From Zygophlyctis sp. KS116 (lineage: Eukaryota > Fungi > Chytridiomycota), in assembly GCA_054661495.1 (NCBI GenBank), contig BAAFSQ010000371.1, forward strand, positions 1-8,681: DNA of 8,681 bases, in the 5' to 3' direction. A program made the translations under genes and the position numbers. Positions 8,084-8,681 of this stretch are shown piece after piece. Below the pieces are notes generated by a model, which saw only the letters and a program-made list of their open reading frames with translations, made no database searches and was not told the DNA's origin. How positions within the stretch are numbered: position 1 is the first letter of the stretch; each line of letters opens with the position of its first letter.

Positions 8084-8681
8084 CTGATAAGTAATTTTAA
8101 CAAATGTCCCATAAAAACATCTTGAAGAAATTGTTGTCTCATTTTACTGAAAAGCTTGCGAATCGGTTTCGGTTTTTCGGAGCTCATCAACTCTGGGCAA
8201 CGATCTGTGTGCACCTTCTTTAAGTGAATCGTAATGTTGGATGGACCCGCAAAAGATTTAGAGCAATAGCTGCACTTGAAATGAGGAGCAGGAGTCCCTT
8301 TCTTTTTCCCTTTCTGAATAGTTAACACCTCTTTAGTGCAATGAGAATTTACTGAACTATGCTGTTCTACTTCTTCTCCACTACTGTTTTGATCATCGTC
8401 AGTCATTTTTATAAGCTTAGTGCTGTGATTATGATTAAAGTGATTAAAAGTGATTTAATAAATTTTTTTCATAATTTACCAGGGCTGTCTCGGAAAAATA
8501 TGACTACTTAGCAATAAAATTTTAGATGAGTTTCCGCGACTCTCCAACGTAAATTGTTAATGCTCACCAATGTCGCTAAAAATTATAATAATAGAGAAAA
8601 ATTTTAAAAAAGACGTTTATACGAAGAGGAAGATGACGCAGTATAGAATCTCATACAAAGAAAGTACAAACAGTCAACCTC

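Larger units (their letters stand above)
6722..8406 (-). mobile_element. hAT DNA transposase pseudogene (BED finger, DDE core, truncated dimerisation domain) with two introns
   Basis: CSYC...HLKKVH BED finger; ITCDVWTS (D1); VTADNASNN (D2); CMAHVINL; TRWNSTY; ALILDPRMK; FWK....YPILSAMAKDYL.VQASSVPAE (E). In-frame stops at 7802-7804 (TGA at a conserved W) and 7685-7687; frameshifts or deletions near 7245 and 7085. Confidence 0.96.

Noticed and set aside
1-8681. Alternative genetic code (TAA/TAG=Gln or TGA=Trp) explaining in-frame stops
   Set aside because: All three stop types occur alongside frameshifts; long hAT and copia frames use CAA/CAG for Gln and TGG for Trp; the TAA at 7685 sits at a hydrophobic position. 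Pseudogene decay is simpler.

Overview
Eukaryotic, probably fungal or early-diverging fungal-like, AT-rich DNA with no intact host gene. It reads as a dense mosaic of truncated, degenerate mobile-element coding fragments. From left to right: a spliced GCR1_C-type domain like the CryptonF C-terminus (+), an orphan hAT-like terminus, a chromovirus (Ty3/gypsy) integrase C-terminus with chromodomain (-), a GC-richer pseudogene with two tandem HNH-like domains (-), a Crypton/Ndc10-like N-terminus (+), a Ty1/copia RT fragment (-), a Helitron2/Helentron RepHel linker fragment (-) and a nearly full-length dead hAT transposase (-). Four 26-27 nt GT-AG introns restore reading frames in two of these elements, implying a host with ultra-short spliceosomal introns. 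Junctions show a perfect fold-back palindrome, a possible microhomology and short tandem duplications. All family calls come from motif recognition by eye, not database searches, and several are invisible in the supplied ORF track.
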